Assembly (NCBI GenBank): GCA_016930915.1
Contig: JAFGFU010000009.1
Span: 10,081 to 74,080, forward strand
DNA from: Campylobacterales bacterium
GTDB taxonomy: Bacteria > Campylobacterota > Campylobacteria > Campylobacterales > Sulfurospirillaceae
Length of the DNA stretch: 64,000 nucleotides
Direction: 5' to 3'
Shown here: one piece after another, positions 51,074 through 58,256 of the stretch
How the letters are laid out: every line of letters starts with the position of its first letter
Position numbering within the stretch: the stretch's first letter is position 1
Made by a program: the position numbers and the translations under genes
The notes under the pieces: model-generated
What the model was told of the DNA's origin: nothing
Seen by the model: the letters and a program-made list of their open reading frames with translations, nothing else
The model's database searches: none

Positions 51074-51936
51074 TGCGCGGCTCCTTCAAAACGTGTTTTT
51101 ACATGTAAAGCTATTTTTTCGATTTCATCTTTGAAAGATGGAATCTCTTTATAGATAAGTTTTCCCGCAGAATAGAGCTTTGCTGCTTCAATCAAATGAG
51201 GAATTTTCCCAATAACAGGGATGTTTTCTCTTTGGCAATACTCTACAACATCCTCATTTCCCATGCCATAACGGTTAATGACCACCCCAAACTCTTTTCC
51301 TAAAATGCGTGTCGTTTCTACCGCAAGGGTTAAATCGTGCAAACCAAAAGGAGTGGGTTCCGTGACTAAAATGACAAAATCAGCATCTTTAATCGCCTCA
51401 ATAACAGGGCAAGAAGTCCCTGGAGGTGAATCAAAAAGCTTAATGGTTTCATCATCAAAATGTTGATCAACATATTTTTTAGTCTGCGCAATTAATGAGA
51501 CGGCTTGTTCCTCTCCGATATTTAAACGTCCTTCTACAAACTCTATATCACCTGCAAGAAAATGGCTGAGTTCGCCCATTTTTTGAGGTTCCATCGGCAG
51601 TGAACCCATAGAGCAAAGTTCCGAACAGGCGTAGCAACTGTGGCAGAGATTGGGGAAGACTAAAATCTCATTAGCAATGCAAAGAAGGGCGTTGAAATTA
51701 CAATTTTGAACACAATCCGCACACAGCGTACATGACGTGCTATCCCAACGAGGAATCATCTTCATTTTATCCTCTTTGCGTAAGAGTTCACCTTGTAAAA
51801 AGAGATTGGAATTGGGTTCTTCTACATCTAAATCAACCAAAACGGTGCTTTGACTCTCCCCTAAAAATGTTGCAAGATTAGTGGAAAGGGTTGTTTTCCC
51901 TGTTCCACCTTTACCACTGGCTATGGCTATTTTCAT
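51070..51936 (-). CDS. MinD/ParA-type P-loop ATPase with inserted Cys-rich ferredoxin-like domain (paralog)
   Basis: SGKGGTGKTT Walker A, CTLCADCVQNC and CHSCYACSELC motifs, DSPPGTSCPV. The ATG at 51936 makes an ATGA overlap with the upstream small gene, and its stop makes an ATGA overlap with the 50195-51073 start. Confidence 0.85.
   Translation of the reverse strand: MKIAIASGKGGTGKTTLSTNLATFLGESQSTVLVDLDVEEPNSNLFLQGELLRKEDKMKMIPRWDSTSCTLCADCVQNCNFNALLCIANEILVFPNLCHSCYACSELCSMGSLPMEPQKMGELSHFLAGDIEFVEGRLNIGEEQAVSLIAQTKKYVDQHFDDETIKLFDSPPGTSCPVIEAIKDADFVILVTEPTPFGLHDLTLAVETTRILGKEFGVVINRYGMGNEDVVEYCQRENIPVIGKIPHLIEAAKLYSAGKLIYKEIPSFKDEIEKIALHVKTRFEGAAQ
51098..51109. repeat. Iterated palindrome TTTACATGTAAA, perfect copy
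   Basis: 12/12; inside the MinD-type ATPase gene 51070-51936 (minus strand), read as L-H-V-K. Confidence 0.95.
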
Positions 51937-52214
51937 TGTTGTACCGCATTGCTTTTTTGTTGGACGAGTTCTTCTCTCACAAGTGTATGACCACATACAG
52001 GGCATTTTTGTGTGGTGCATTTGACACCTCTTTCATGAGGTACTTTTTCACCGCATTTGGTGCAGATACAAAAACCACCCATGCCAAAAGCTCCACCGTT
52101 GTTTCGACCGCCACCTCTGTTTCCTTGATTGCCGTTACCTTGCATATGTGCACCACGTCCGCCATTTTGTTTCATACCGTTTCCACAACGGTTTTCTTTG
52201 TTTCTTCCAAACAT
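51933..52214 (-). CDS. Small Gly/Asn/Arg-rich protein with C-terminal zinc ribbon (DUF5320-like)
   Basis: 93 aa. A low-complexity GNG/GGRG N-terminal half is followed by CTKCGEKV...CPVCGH. AAAGGAAAC RBS. Confidence 0.6.
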   Translation of the reverse strand: MFGRNKENRCGNGMKQNGGRGAHMQGNGNQGNRGGGRNNGGAFGMGGFCICTKCGEKVPHERGVKCTTQKCPVCGHTLVREELVQQKSNAVQQ

Positions 52215-52238
52215 TTTGTTTCCTTTGTTATTAAGCGT

Positions 52239-52271
52239 ACCATTTTCATCCTATCAGCGGATAAAAATGGT
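52239..52271 (-). other. Intercistronic stem-loop between the DUF134 gene and the downstream small gene
   Basis: ACCATTTT.ATCC (52239-52251) pairs with GGAT.AAAATGGT (52259-52271), giving 12 bp with one mismatch and a 7-nt loop. There is no U-tract. Confidence 0.35.
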
Positions 52272-52302
52272 TTAAAATAAGGTTATTCCAAGCCTTTAGT
52301 AC

Positions 52303-52749
52303 TCATTTTTGAGCTCTTTCGTGGCAACATCGTCCATGTCCAAAGCCTCTGGCAAAATTGACCAAGTGGCTCGAGTGACATAAGGGACATTGCTCATGTT
52401 CTTCGTGCAGACTCGCTTTGAAAACATGGTGACACTCCACACATCGATAAAGATTTTCTTTAAAATGAATACTCCCACCGCCAATCGTTAGCTTTGATCC
52501 AGTAATTAGCATTGAAGCTACTTTTTTACGCGCACGTTCTACTAATCGTGTAAACGTTGAGCGTGAAATCCCCATTGCTTCAGATGCTTGTTCATGCTCA
52601 AATCCCTCATGATCTGCCAAGCGAATCGCTTCGTATTCATCGAGTTCAAGCACAATCGTTTCAAGTTTGTCTCCAATCACTCCTGCTGGTTTAAATGTTG
52701 TAAACAGTGGAGGATGACTGACCACTCTCTCTTTTGGATTTCTAGCCAT
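52303..52749 (-). CDS. DUF134 (UPF0251) family putative DNA-binding regulator with C-terminal zinc ribbon
   Basis: MARNPKERVV...FKPAGV...LELDEYEAIRLADHEGFEHEQASEAMGISRSTFTRLVERARKKVA is the DUF134 HTH pattern, and the C-terminus has CVECHH...CPLCHS. I prefer the ATG at 52749 (AAGGAAA RBS) to the track start at 52794. Confidence 0.75.
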   Translation of the reverse strand: MARNPKERVVSHPPLFTTFKPAGVIGDKLETIVLELDEYEAIRLADHEGFEHEQASEAMGISRSTFTRLVERARKKVASMLITGSKLTIGGGSIHFKENLYRCVECHHVFKASLHEEHEQCPLCHSSHLVNFARGFGHGRCCHERAQK

Positions 52750-52780
52750 GAAAGTTCCTATTTCCTTATAAGGTTTCGTC

Positions 52781-52810
52781 ATTATAATACACATATGTGC
52801 ATAATGTCAA
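52781..52810 (-). promoter_or_regulatory. Near-consensus sigma-70-type promoter of the DUF134 gene (TTGACA-18 nt-TATAAT on the minus strand)
   Basis: The minus strand reads TTGACA (plus coordinates 52805-52810), then 18 nt, then TATAAT (52781-52786). The predicted TSS is about 25 nt upstream of the ATG at 52749. Confidence 0.55.
52790..52801. promoter_or_regulatory. Candidate operator, copy 1 (CACATATGTGCA; palindromic core CACATATGTG)
   Basis: Lies entirely within the -35/-10 spacer of the DUF134 promoter. Identical 12-mer to 52822-52833. Confidence 0.5.
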
Positions 52811-52819
52811 GAGTAAATA

Positions 52820-52833
52820 TGCACATATGTGCA
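52820..52833. promoter_or_regulatory. Candidate operator, copy 2 (14-bp perfect palindrome TGCACATATGTGCA)
   Basis: Lies 32 bp (about three helical turns) from copy 1, just upstream of the -35 hexamer. Confidence 0.5.
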
Positions 52834-52873
52834 AAAAGTTCAAAGAGATTCTTCTGCCATTTGCATTTTTATC

Positions 52874-52885
52874 TTTACATGTAAA
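52874..52885. repeat. Iterated palindrome TTTACATGTAAA, perfect copy
   Basis: 12/12; in the divergent spacer, 3 bp upstream of a TATAAT (52889-52894) facing the MBL-fold gene. Confidence 0.95.
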
Positions 52886-52888
52886 GAG

Positions 52889-52894
52889 TATAAT
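52889..52894 (+). promoter_or_regulatory. Candidate -10 box upstream of the MBL-fold gene
   Basis: TATAAT lies 48 nt upstream of the ATG at 52943. Confidence 0.35.
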
Positions 52895-52942
52895 AACTCA
52901 CAAAACACCTGCATTTTAGTCGGGGCATAAGGAAAAAAAGAG

Positions 52943-53779
52943 ATGGAATTAAAAGTGTTAGTGGATAACAATACGATTATTGATCGTTATTTTTTGGCAG
53001 AACCTGCGGTTTCATATCTCATTAGCGAGGGCGACACCAAAGTCTTATTTGATGTGGGATATTCAGATATTTTTATTAAAAATGCGCAAAAAATGAATGA
53101 ATCCCTCAAAGATATTGACTATGTGGTCATTTCCCATGGGCATAACGATCATACGGGTGGGTTAATCTCTTTGGCTACATTTTACGCTGAGGCGAAAGCG
53201 GAAATGATTGACTATACGCAGCCGATTCTTATTGCTCATCCCGATGCTTTTTTGCACAAAGAAGAGAGCGGTCAGTGTATTGGTTCAATGTTAGATCAAA
53301 AAAATGTTAGCAAATATTTTAAAACACAATGGAGTAGCAAACCCTTGTGGATAACGCCTAAGCTAGTTTTTCTAGGAGAAATTGAAAGAACGAACACTTT
53401 TGAAAATCTTGAACCAATGGGGCAGTACGAAACGGCAGATGCAATGAAAGATGATTATGTTAAGGATGATTCTGCATTGGTTTATCAATCAGCCCAAGGA
53501 CTTGTTATCATCACGGGGTGTTCGCATTCAGGCATTTGCAATATCATTGAATATGCAAAAAAAGTGTGTAACGATAAGAGAATTGTTGATATTATTGGCG
53601 GTTTTCATTTGCTTCATCCCAGTGCAATTCAAGCAGAGGGAACGTTAAAGTATTTTCATGAAAAGCAGATAAAAACGATGCATCCTTGCCATTGCACCAG
53701 TTTAGAATATAAAATCAAATTATCCAGAACAAGTGAGGTTATAGATGTGGGGGTTGGACTCTCTCTTACGTACGAGTAA
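52943..53779 (+). CDS. MBL-fold metallo-hydrolase (COG1237-like)
   Basis: VISHGHNDHTGG metal-binding motif, later TGCSHSG and GGFHL motifs. Divergent from the DUF134 gene. Confidence 0.8.
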   Translation: MELKVLVDNNTIIDRYFLAEPAVSYLISEGDTKVLFDVGYSDIFIKNAQKMNESLKDIDYVVISHGHNDHTGGLISLATFYAEAKAEMIDYTQPILIAHPDAFLHKEESGQCIGSMLDQKNVSKYFKTQWSSKPLWITPKLVFLGEIERTNTFENLEPMGQYETADAMKDDYVKDDSALVYQSAQGLVIITGCSHSGICNIIEYAKKVCNDKRIVDIIGGFHLLHPSAIQAEGTLKYFHEKQIKTMHPCHCTSLEYKIKLSRTSEVIDVGVGLSLTYE

Positions 53780-53792
53780 AGATGGTTTTTAC

Positions 53793-53804
53793 TTTACATG
53801 TAAT
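53793..53804. repeat. Iterated palindrome, 11/12 copy (TTTACATGTAAt)
   Basis: In the spacer 14 nt after the MBL-fold gene stop. Confidence 0.8.
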
Positions 53805-53864
53805 ACTAAAATGAATTACCAATGGACCGTAAAAAACATATGTTTAAAATAAAGGGGTTTTACG

Positions 53865-54398
53865 ATGTTAAAAAAGCTCAGATTTGTGCTCGGATTTGCC
53901 ATTTTTGTGTTCTTAGCTTATGCCATCTACACGCAGGTTACAAAAACCAGTTGTCGCTCTTTACGCCTTGAATGCCAAAAAGAAACGGTGGTGTTTGAAC
54001 GTGTTTACTTCAAAGAAAAAGTACACGCCTTTCAAGAAGCCATCCGTACACAAGGGCTTGTCGTAGACCTTGAGACACAAAAATCGCACTATGCCCCCTC
54101 AAAGCTTTTTGAGCGTTTAGACCTTAACGAAGTCCGAAATATCTTAATAAGAGAGTTTGGAGAAACACCCTCCAAAGACTCGCTTCGTTTACATGTACTG
54201 ATATATGAAAACGACCCCCTAGACCCTGGGAAAAAAACCAAAGAAGCCAAACTTTATGCAGGGTATGTGGTGTTTAGTTTTTTCGAGGGAGCGGATTTGG
54301 TGTATAAAATTCAAATTGATTTTATGGATAAAAAGGGAGAAGATATTGCCAAACGCATTGCTTGTGCAAAAGCATCGTTGATGGCGTTGGAGGGGTAA
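53865..54398 (+). CDS. Membrane-anchored hypothetical protein
   Basis: 177 aa with an N-terminal TM/signal anchor and a good RBS (AAAGGGG). I recognise no motif. Confidence 0.45.
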   Translation: MLKKLRFVLGFAIFVFLAYAIYTQVTKTSCRSLRLECQKETVVFERVYFKEKVHAFQEAIRTQGLVVDLETQKSHYAPSKLFERLDLNEVRNILIREFGETPSKDSLRLHVLIYENDPLDPGKKTKEAKLYAGYVVFSFFEGADLVYKIQIDFMDKKGEDIAKRIACAKASLMALEG

Positions 54399-54458
54399 AT
54401 ATTTATTTTTTTTAATGTCACTTTAGTGTAAAATTAAGTATTACAAAAAGGATAAAAG

Positions 54459-54932
54459 ATGGCACTAGCAGATAAATTGGTTATGAGTGATGAGACAGCC
54501 AAAGGCTTGGTGAATGGTATTAAAGTGGGTGGTTTTTGGGGTAGAGTAGGGGTTTATTTGATGTTGTATGTGCCTATTGCCTTAGTATTTATCTTTATAT
54601 TATTAATGCAAACCAGCCCTAAAAATATACCTTTTTCTGGTAATGCAGATGTTAACTTCTTCGGAGTGATTTTTCTTGTTTTTCTCCCCTTTCTCCTTGT
54701 TGAACTTGGTGTTCGCTCTTGGAGACAAAAGAATGGGCTTAGTGTTTATAAAAATATTGCAGAAGAGTTAAGACAACGAGCGGTTGATGTGCAGGTTGCT
54801 CGTGAGGAAAAGGCTCGTGGTAAAATGGGTGGGGTTGGTAGTGTTAAAGATTTGGACTATTGGTTTGGCATGTTGGAAAAAGGTGCGATAACCAAAGAAG
54901 AGTATGAGAAGAAAAAAATAGAGTTGTTGTAA
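54459..54932 (+). CDS. Membrane protein with C-terminal SHOCT-like domain
   Basis: Two TM segments and a C-terminal LDYWFGMLEKGAITKEEYEKKKIELL that matches the SHOCT pattern. Confidence 0.55.
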   Translation: MALADKLVMSDETAKGLVNGIKVGGFWGRVGVYLMLYVPIALVFIFILLMQTSPKNIPFSGNADVNFFGVIFLVFLPFLLVELGVRSWRQKNGLSVYKNIAEELRQRAVDVQVAREEKARGKMGGVGSVKDLDYWFGMLEKGAITKEEYEKKKIELL

Positions 54933-54965
54933 GCGTTAGAGGTGTTAAAAGGAGAGTGTAAATTC

Positions 54966-55712
54966 ATGCAAATACCATCGTTTGAAGATCTTGTTGGGAC
55001 TATAATTATATCTTGTGCAATATATGTTTTTATAAGATACAGAAAGCTCAAAGAAGGTATTATTCTCATCCTCTTTGGAACAATTTTAATTGGATTATCA
55101 AGCTTTAAAAATATCAATGTTTCAATTGGTGGAATAAAAGGAATTAATGCAAACTTTACTACATTAATAGAAGAAGTACAAAAAACAAATCAAAATACAG
55201 AGAATTTAAATTTAAAATTGCTAAAACAACAAGTTTCTACAATAGAAACTCACAATGCTGAATTTGATGAAGAAAAAGCTAGAGAGGACATAGAGACTCT
55301 ATTGGATAGTTCAAAAATAACTATAGCTTATCAATGGAAAACGAAATGTGAGAAGCTAGTTAAGTATAGTGAAAGCTATCCACTGATTATTAAAAAATAT
55401 AAAGAGAATCAAGCAGAAAAAACAGTGGAAACTTGCATAAAAGCAAAAGAGTTTAATCTAGACAATTTAAAATATTCATTTTTATTAGCTATCGCTTATC
55501 ATAGAAATCAAGAATATTCAATGACAATTCAAATACTTAACGAATTAGCCAATAATAATTACTCAATCGCACAAAGAAAACTTGGAATAATGTATTTATT
55601 TGGTAATTTAGTGCAAAAAGATATTAAAAAAGCAGAAAATTGGTTAATTAAATCTGCAGAAAATGGAGATAAAGCAGCACAAGAGATACTTGATAAAGGC
55701 TTGCTTTACTGA
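54966..55712 (+). CDS. Membrane-anchored Sel1-like repeat protein
   Basis: N-terminal TM segments and a C-terminal AQRKLGIMYLFGNLVQKDIKKAENWLIKSAENGDKAAQ Sel1/SLR motif. AGGAG lies upstream of the ATG at 54966. Very AT-rich. Confidence 0.6.
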   Translation: MQIPSFEDLVGTIIISCAIYVFIRYRKLKEGIILILFGTILIGLSSFKNINVSIGGIKGINANFTTLIEEVQKTNQNTENLNLKLLKQQVSTIETHNAEFDEEKAREDIETLLDSSKITIAYQWKTKCEKLVKYSESYPLIIKKYKENQAEKTVETCIKAKEFNLDNLKYSFLLAIAYHRNQEYSMTIQILNELANNNYSIAQRKLGIMYLFGNLVQKDIKKAENWLIKSAENGDKAAQEILDKGLLY

Positions 55713-55910
55713 TGAAAGATAGAAATGAGCTAAACGTTTAACGTCTTGTTTGCCAATAGAGGTTTTATGAATAAACCTTATATGTAAAGAATTTCCAAAA
55801 AAGTAAAAATATATTTCAAAATGACATATCTTTTAATGAAAATACATTATTTTGCTAACATAGCTCAAATGAACATTTGGAACTTAACAAACTCATCACA
55901 TGTGGTTATC

Positions 55911-55916
55911 TATAAT
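55911..55916 (+). promoter_or_regulatory. Candidate -10 box upstream of the KilA-N gene
   Basis: TATAAT lies 44 nt upstream of the ATG, and an AAGGAAAA RBS follows. Confidence 0.35.
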
Positions 55917-55960
55917 TACGGCAAATTCGCCATAATTAACTCCAAATAAGGAAAATTAAA

Positions 55961-56776
55961 ATGGCAAAAATAATGGTACTAAGTAGAGATATTACAACAT
56001 TTAAGATTCAAGAAGAGGACTATATCTGTATAACAGACATAGCCAAACATAAAGATGATGCACTTGCAAATGATATTATCAAAAATTGGCTTCGCAACCG
56101 CAATACCATAGAGTTTTTGGGTATTTGGGAGCAACTGAATAATCCAGATTTTAAACCCGTCGAATTCGACGGGTTTAGAAAAGAAGCGGGACTTAACAGC
56201 TTTACAATGAGTCCTACAAAGTGGATAAATGGCACCAATGCTATTGGACTAGTAGCAAAATCTGGGAGATACGGCGGAACGTATGCACACAAAGATATAG
56301 CCTTTGAGTTTGCTTCTTGGGTGTCGGTTGAATTTAAAATCTATCTAATCAAAGAGTTTCAAAGGCTTAAAGAGGAGGAATTTAAGCAACTTGGTTGGGA
56401 TATAAGACGAAACCTAACGAAGCTAAACTATAAAATCCACACCGATGCCATCAAAGAAAACCTTATCCCAAAAGAACTTAGCCTTACTCAGATAAATTTT
56501 GTTTATGCCAGTGAAGCAGATATTTTAAATGTTGCACTTTTTGGCATGACGGCTAAAGAGTGGAGAGATAAAAATAGCGATAAAAAAGGCAATCTCAGGG
56601 ATGAAGCTGATGTTAACCAGTTGGTTTGTTTGGCAAATATGGAATCACTCAATGCCCACTTTATCAATGAAGGATTTTTGCAAAGCGATAGACTTCAAAA
56701 ACTCAATAAAATTGCCATAGAGCAAATGAAAATTTTGAGTCGCGAGGGTGTGAAAAAGCTTACATTCTCCCCGTAA
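55961..56776 (+). CDS. KilA-N domain-containing protein
   Basis: YICITDIAK...NWLRNRNTIEFLGIWEQLNNPDF...GRYGGTYAHKDIAFEFASWVS is typical of the KilA-N DNA-binding fold, followed by a helical C-terminal half. Confidence 0.75.
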   Translation: MAKIMVLSRDITTFKIQEEDYICITDIAKHKDDALANDIIKNWLRNRNTIEFLGIWEQLNNPDFKPVEFDGFRKEAGLNSFTMSPTKWINGTNAIGLVAKSGRYGGTYAHKDIAFEFASWVSVEFKIYLIKEFQRLKEEEFKQLGWDIRRNLTKLNYKIHTDAIKENLIPKELSLTQINFVYASEADILNVALFGMTAKEWRDKNSDKKGNLRDEADVNQLVCLANMESLNAHFINEGFLQSDRLQKLNKIAIEQMKILSREGVKKLTFSP

Positions 56777-57404
56777 TCTTCCGAATCGCCAACGATGCCA
56801 GTGCGAAACCAAAGGCTCCTGTGACACACATGAGGCTTCCTAGCTCTTTACATGTAGGTTCTTCATCGGAGAAAACCGTCACAAAATCTCCGCTAAAACC
56901 GCTCTTTTTAAGCTCATAACGCATCTTTTTCGCCAACGCATCGCCGTGGGTTTTCCAGATGGACGCAGTGCGAATGCGGGTAGGGTCAAGTTTTTTGGCA
57001 CTGCCGCTGGAACTTAAGAGTTTTTCGCTTGTTTTATGCGCAACGGCTATTTTGGCTGGCATATCATCAATGGCGTCAATCACCACATCGTAGGGTGAAA
57101 AATCAAACGCTTCGACCCACGTAGGGGTGATAAGGACGTGAAGGGGTGTGACATTAGGATACAAGGAAGCAAGGTGTGTGACTTTCACTTCGCCCACCGC
57201 CTCAGAGCCCAATTGGCGGTTTTGGTTGGTGATGTCATAGACATCATCATCAACGATGGTGACATGCCCAATGCCTGTGCGAAGGAGCGCATCTAAGCAG
57301 ACACTTCCCACACCTCCGACACCTAAAAGTAAAATGTGAGCGTTTTGGAGTTTTTCAAAATCATGCTCTAAAACAGAGCGAACTCTGGTAAAACGATCAT
57401 CCAT
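56760..57404 (-). CDS. tcdA: tRNA threonylcarbamoyladenosine dehydratase (ThiF/E1-like, TcdA/CsdL type)
   Basis: LLLGVGGVGSVCLDALLRTGIGHVTIVDDDVYDITNQNRQ Rossmann/E1 motif; 214 aa. Confidence 0.78.
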   Translation of the reverse strand: MDDRFTRVRSVLEHDFEKLQNAHILLLGVGGVGSVCLDALLRTGIGHVTIVDDDVYDITNQNRQLGSEAVGEVKVTHLASLYPNVTPLHVLITPTWVEAFDFSPYDVVIDAIDDMPAKIAVAHKTSEKLLSSSGSAKKLDPTRIRTASIWKTHGDALAKKMRYELKKSGFSGDFVTVFSDEEPTCKELGSLMCVTGAFGFALASLAIRKITGRM

Positions 57405-58188
57405 TCTCTATCCATTGGCTCAGGGTTTCTAATTCATCATGGGCAGTCATATCGAGTTGAATCGGTGTGATAGAAATAAATCCCGCTTCAATGGCACTGA
57501 GGTCACAGTCATTTTTTTCACTCTTTTTCCACTCAAGTGTGTGTACACCTAGCCAATAATACTCCTCACCTCTGGGATTTCTATGTAAGTGCGCATCATT
57601 GCCATACATGCGGTATCCTGCACGGGTAATTTTATACCCTTTGCATTCATCAGGCGTGAGTGGAGGAACATTGACATTTAAAAAGCGACGCTCTGTTAAT
57701 GGAAAAACACCTTCTAAAATGCGTTTAGATAAATCAAAAATGGTTTTCTCCGCCAAATCATAACCATGCGTGAGTTCAATGTTTTGAGGACCTCCCACAT
57801 ACACTTGTGAAATCGCAATCGAGGGAATACCATGAAGTGCGCCTTCCATGGCAGCACTAGCGGTTCCGCTGTAGGTAATATCTTCGCCTAAATTAGAACC
57901 CTTGTTAATACCACTAACAATGAGGTCAGGTTTGTTTTCACCTTCAAAAAGAGCGTTAAGTGAAAGGTAAACACAATCGGTTGGTGTGCCATCATCAAGT
58001 TTAAAAAAGTCATCTTCAAGGGAGATAAAACGAAGCGGACGGGTCAGGGTGAGGGAGTGTCCGCAGGCGGATTTTTCAGAACTGGGTGCGACAATCGTGA
58101 CATGCCCTAAAGGACGAAGAGCACGGGCAAGTGCGTGAAGCCCTGCGCTTTCAAAGCCATCATCATTGGTAATTAAAATGCGTTTCAT
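57397..58188 (-). CDS. surE: 5'/3'-nucleotidase SurE
   Basis: ILITNDDGFES, SGINKGSNLG, YSGTASAAMEG motifs. Confidence 0.95.
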   Translation of the reverse strand: MKRILITNDDGFESAGLHALARALRPLGHVTIVAPSSEKSACGHSLTLTRPLRFISLEDDFFKLDDGTPTDCVYLSLNALFEGENKPDLIVSGINKGSNLGEDITYSGTASAAMEGALHGIPSIAISQVYVGGPQNIELTHGYDLAEKTIFDLSKRILEGVFPLTERRFLNVNVPPLTPDECKGYKITRAGYRMYGNDAHLHRNPRGEEYYWLGVHTLEWKKSEKNDCDLSAIEAGFISITPIQLDMTAHDELETLSQWIENG

Positions 58189-58256
58189 GGAACCTACTTT
58201 TTGAGGTATTATAACGTAACAGACTTACATTTTTAAGAGAGTTTTGTATAGACTTC

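Noticed and set aside
51937-52020. N-terminal extensions of several track ORFs: 51070-52020, 52303-52794, 20315, 40973, 41688, 43993, 60799, 19879 and 54942.
   Set aside because: In each case an internal ATG with a Shine-Dalgarno sequence coincides with the conserved N-terminus of the protein family, or with the stop of the upstream gene. The extended versions would overlap neighbours extensively.
53834-53845. The palindrome AAACATATGTTT, just upstream of the 53865 gene, which has the same ingredients as the iterated motif in a different arrangement.
   Set aside because: It occurs only once, and AT-rich 12-bp palindromes of this kind are expected occasionally in AT-rich spacers. There is no evidence that it belongs to the same family.
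55760-55778. The hairpin AGGTTT-N7-AAACCT downstream of the Sel1-like gene, considered as a terminator.
   Set aside because: The stem is only 6 bp, no T-run follows, and it lies 48 nt past the stop codon. This is too weak to call.
53780-56776. Calling the AT-rich islet a defined mobile element or defence island.
   Set aside because: I could find no integrase, recombinase, tRNA target, terminal inverted repeats or flanking direct repeats. I recognised no defence gene either. I report it only as a compositional and gene-content anomaly.
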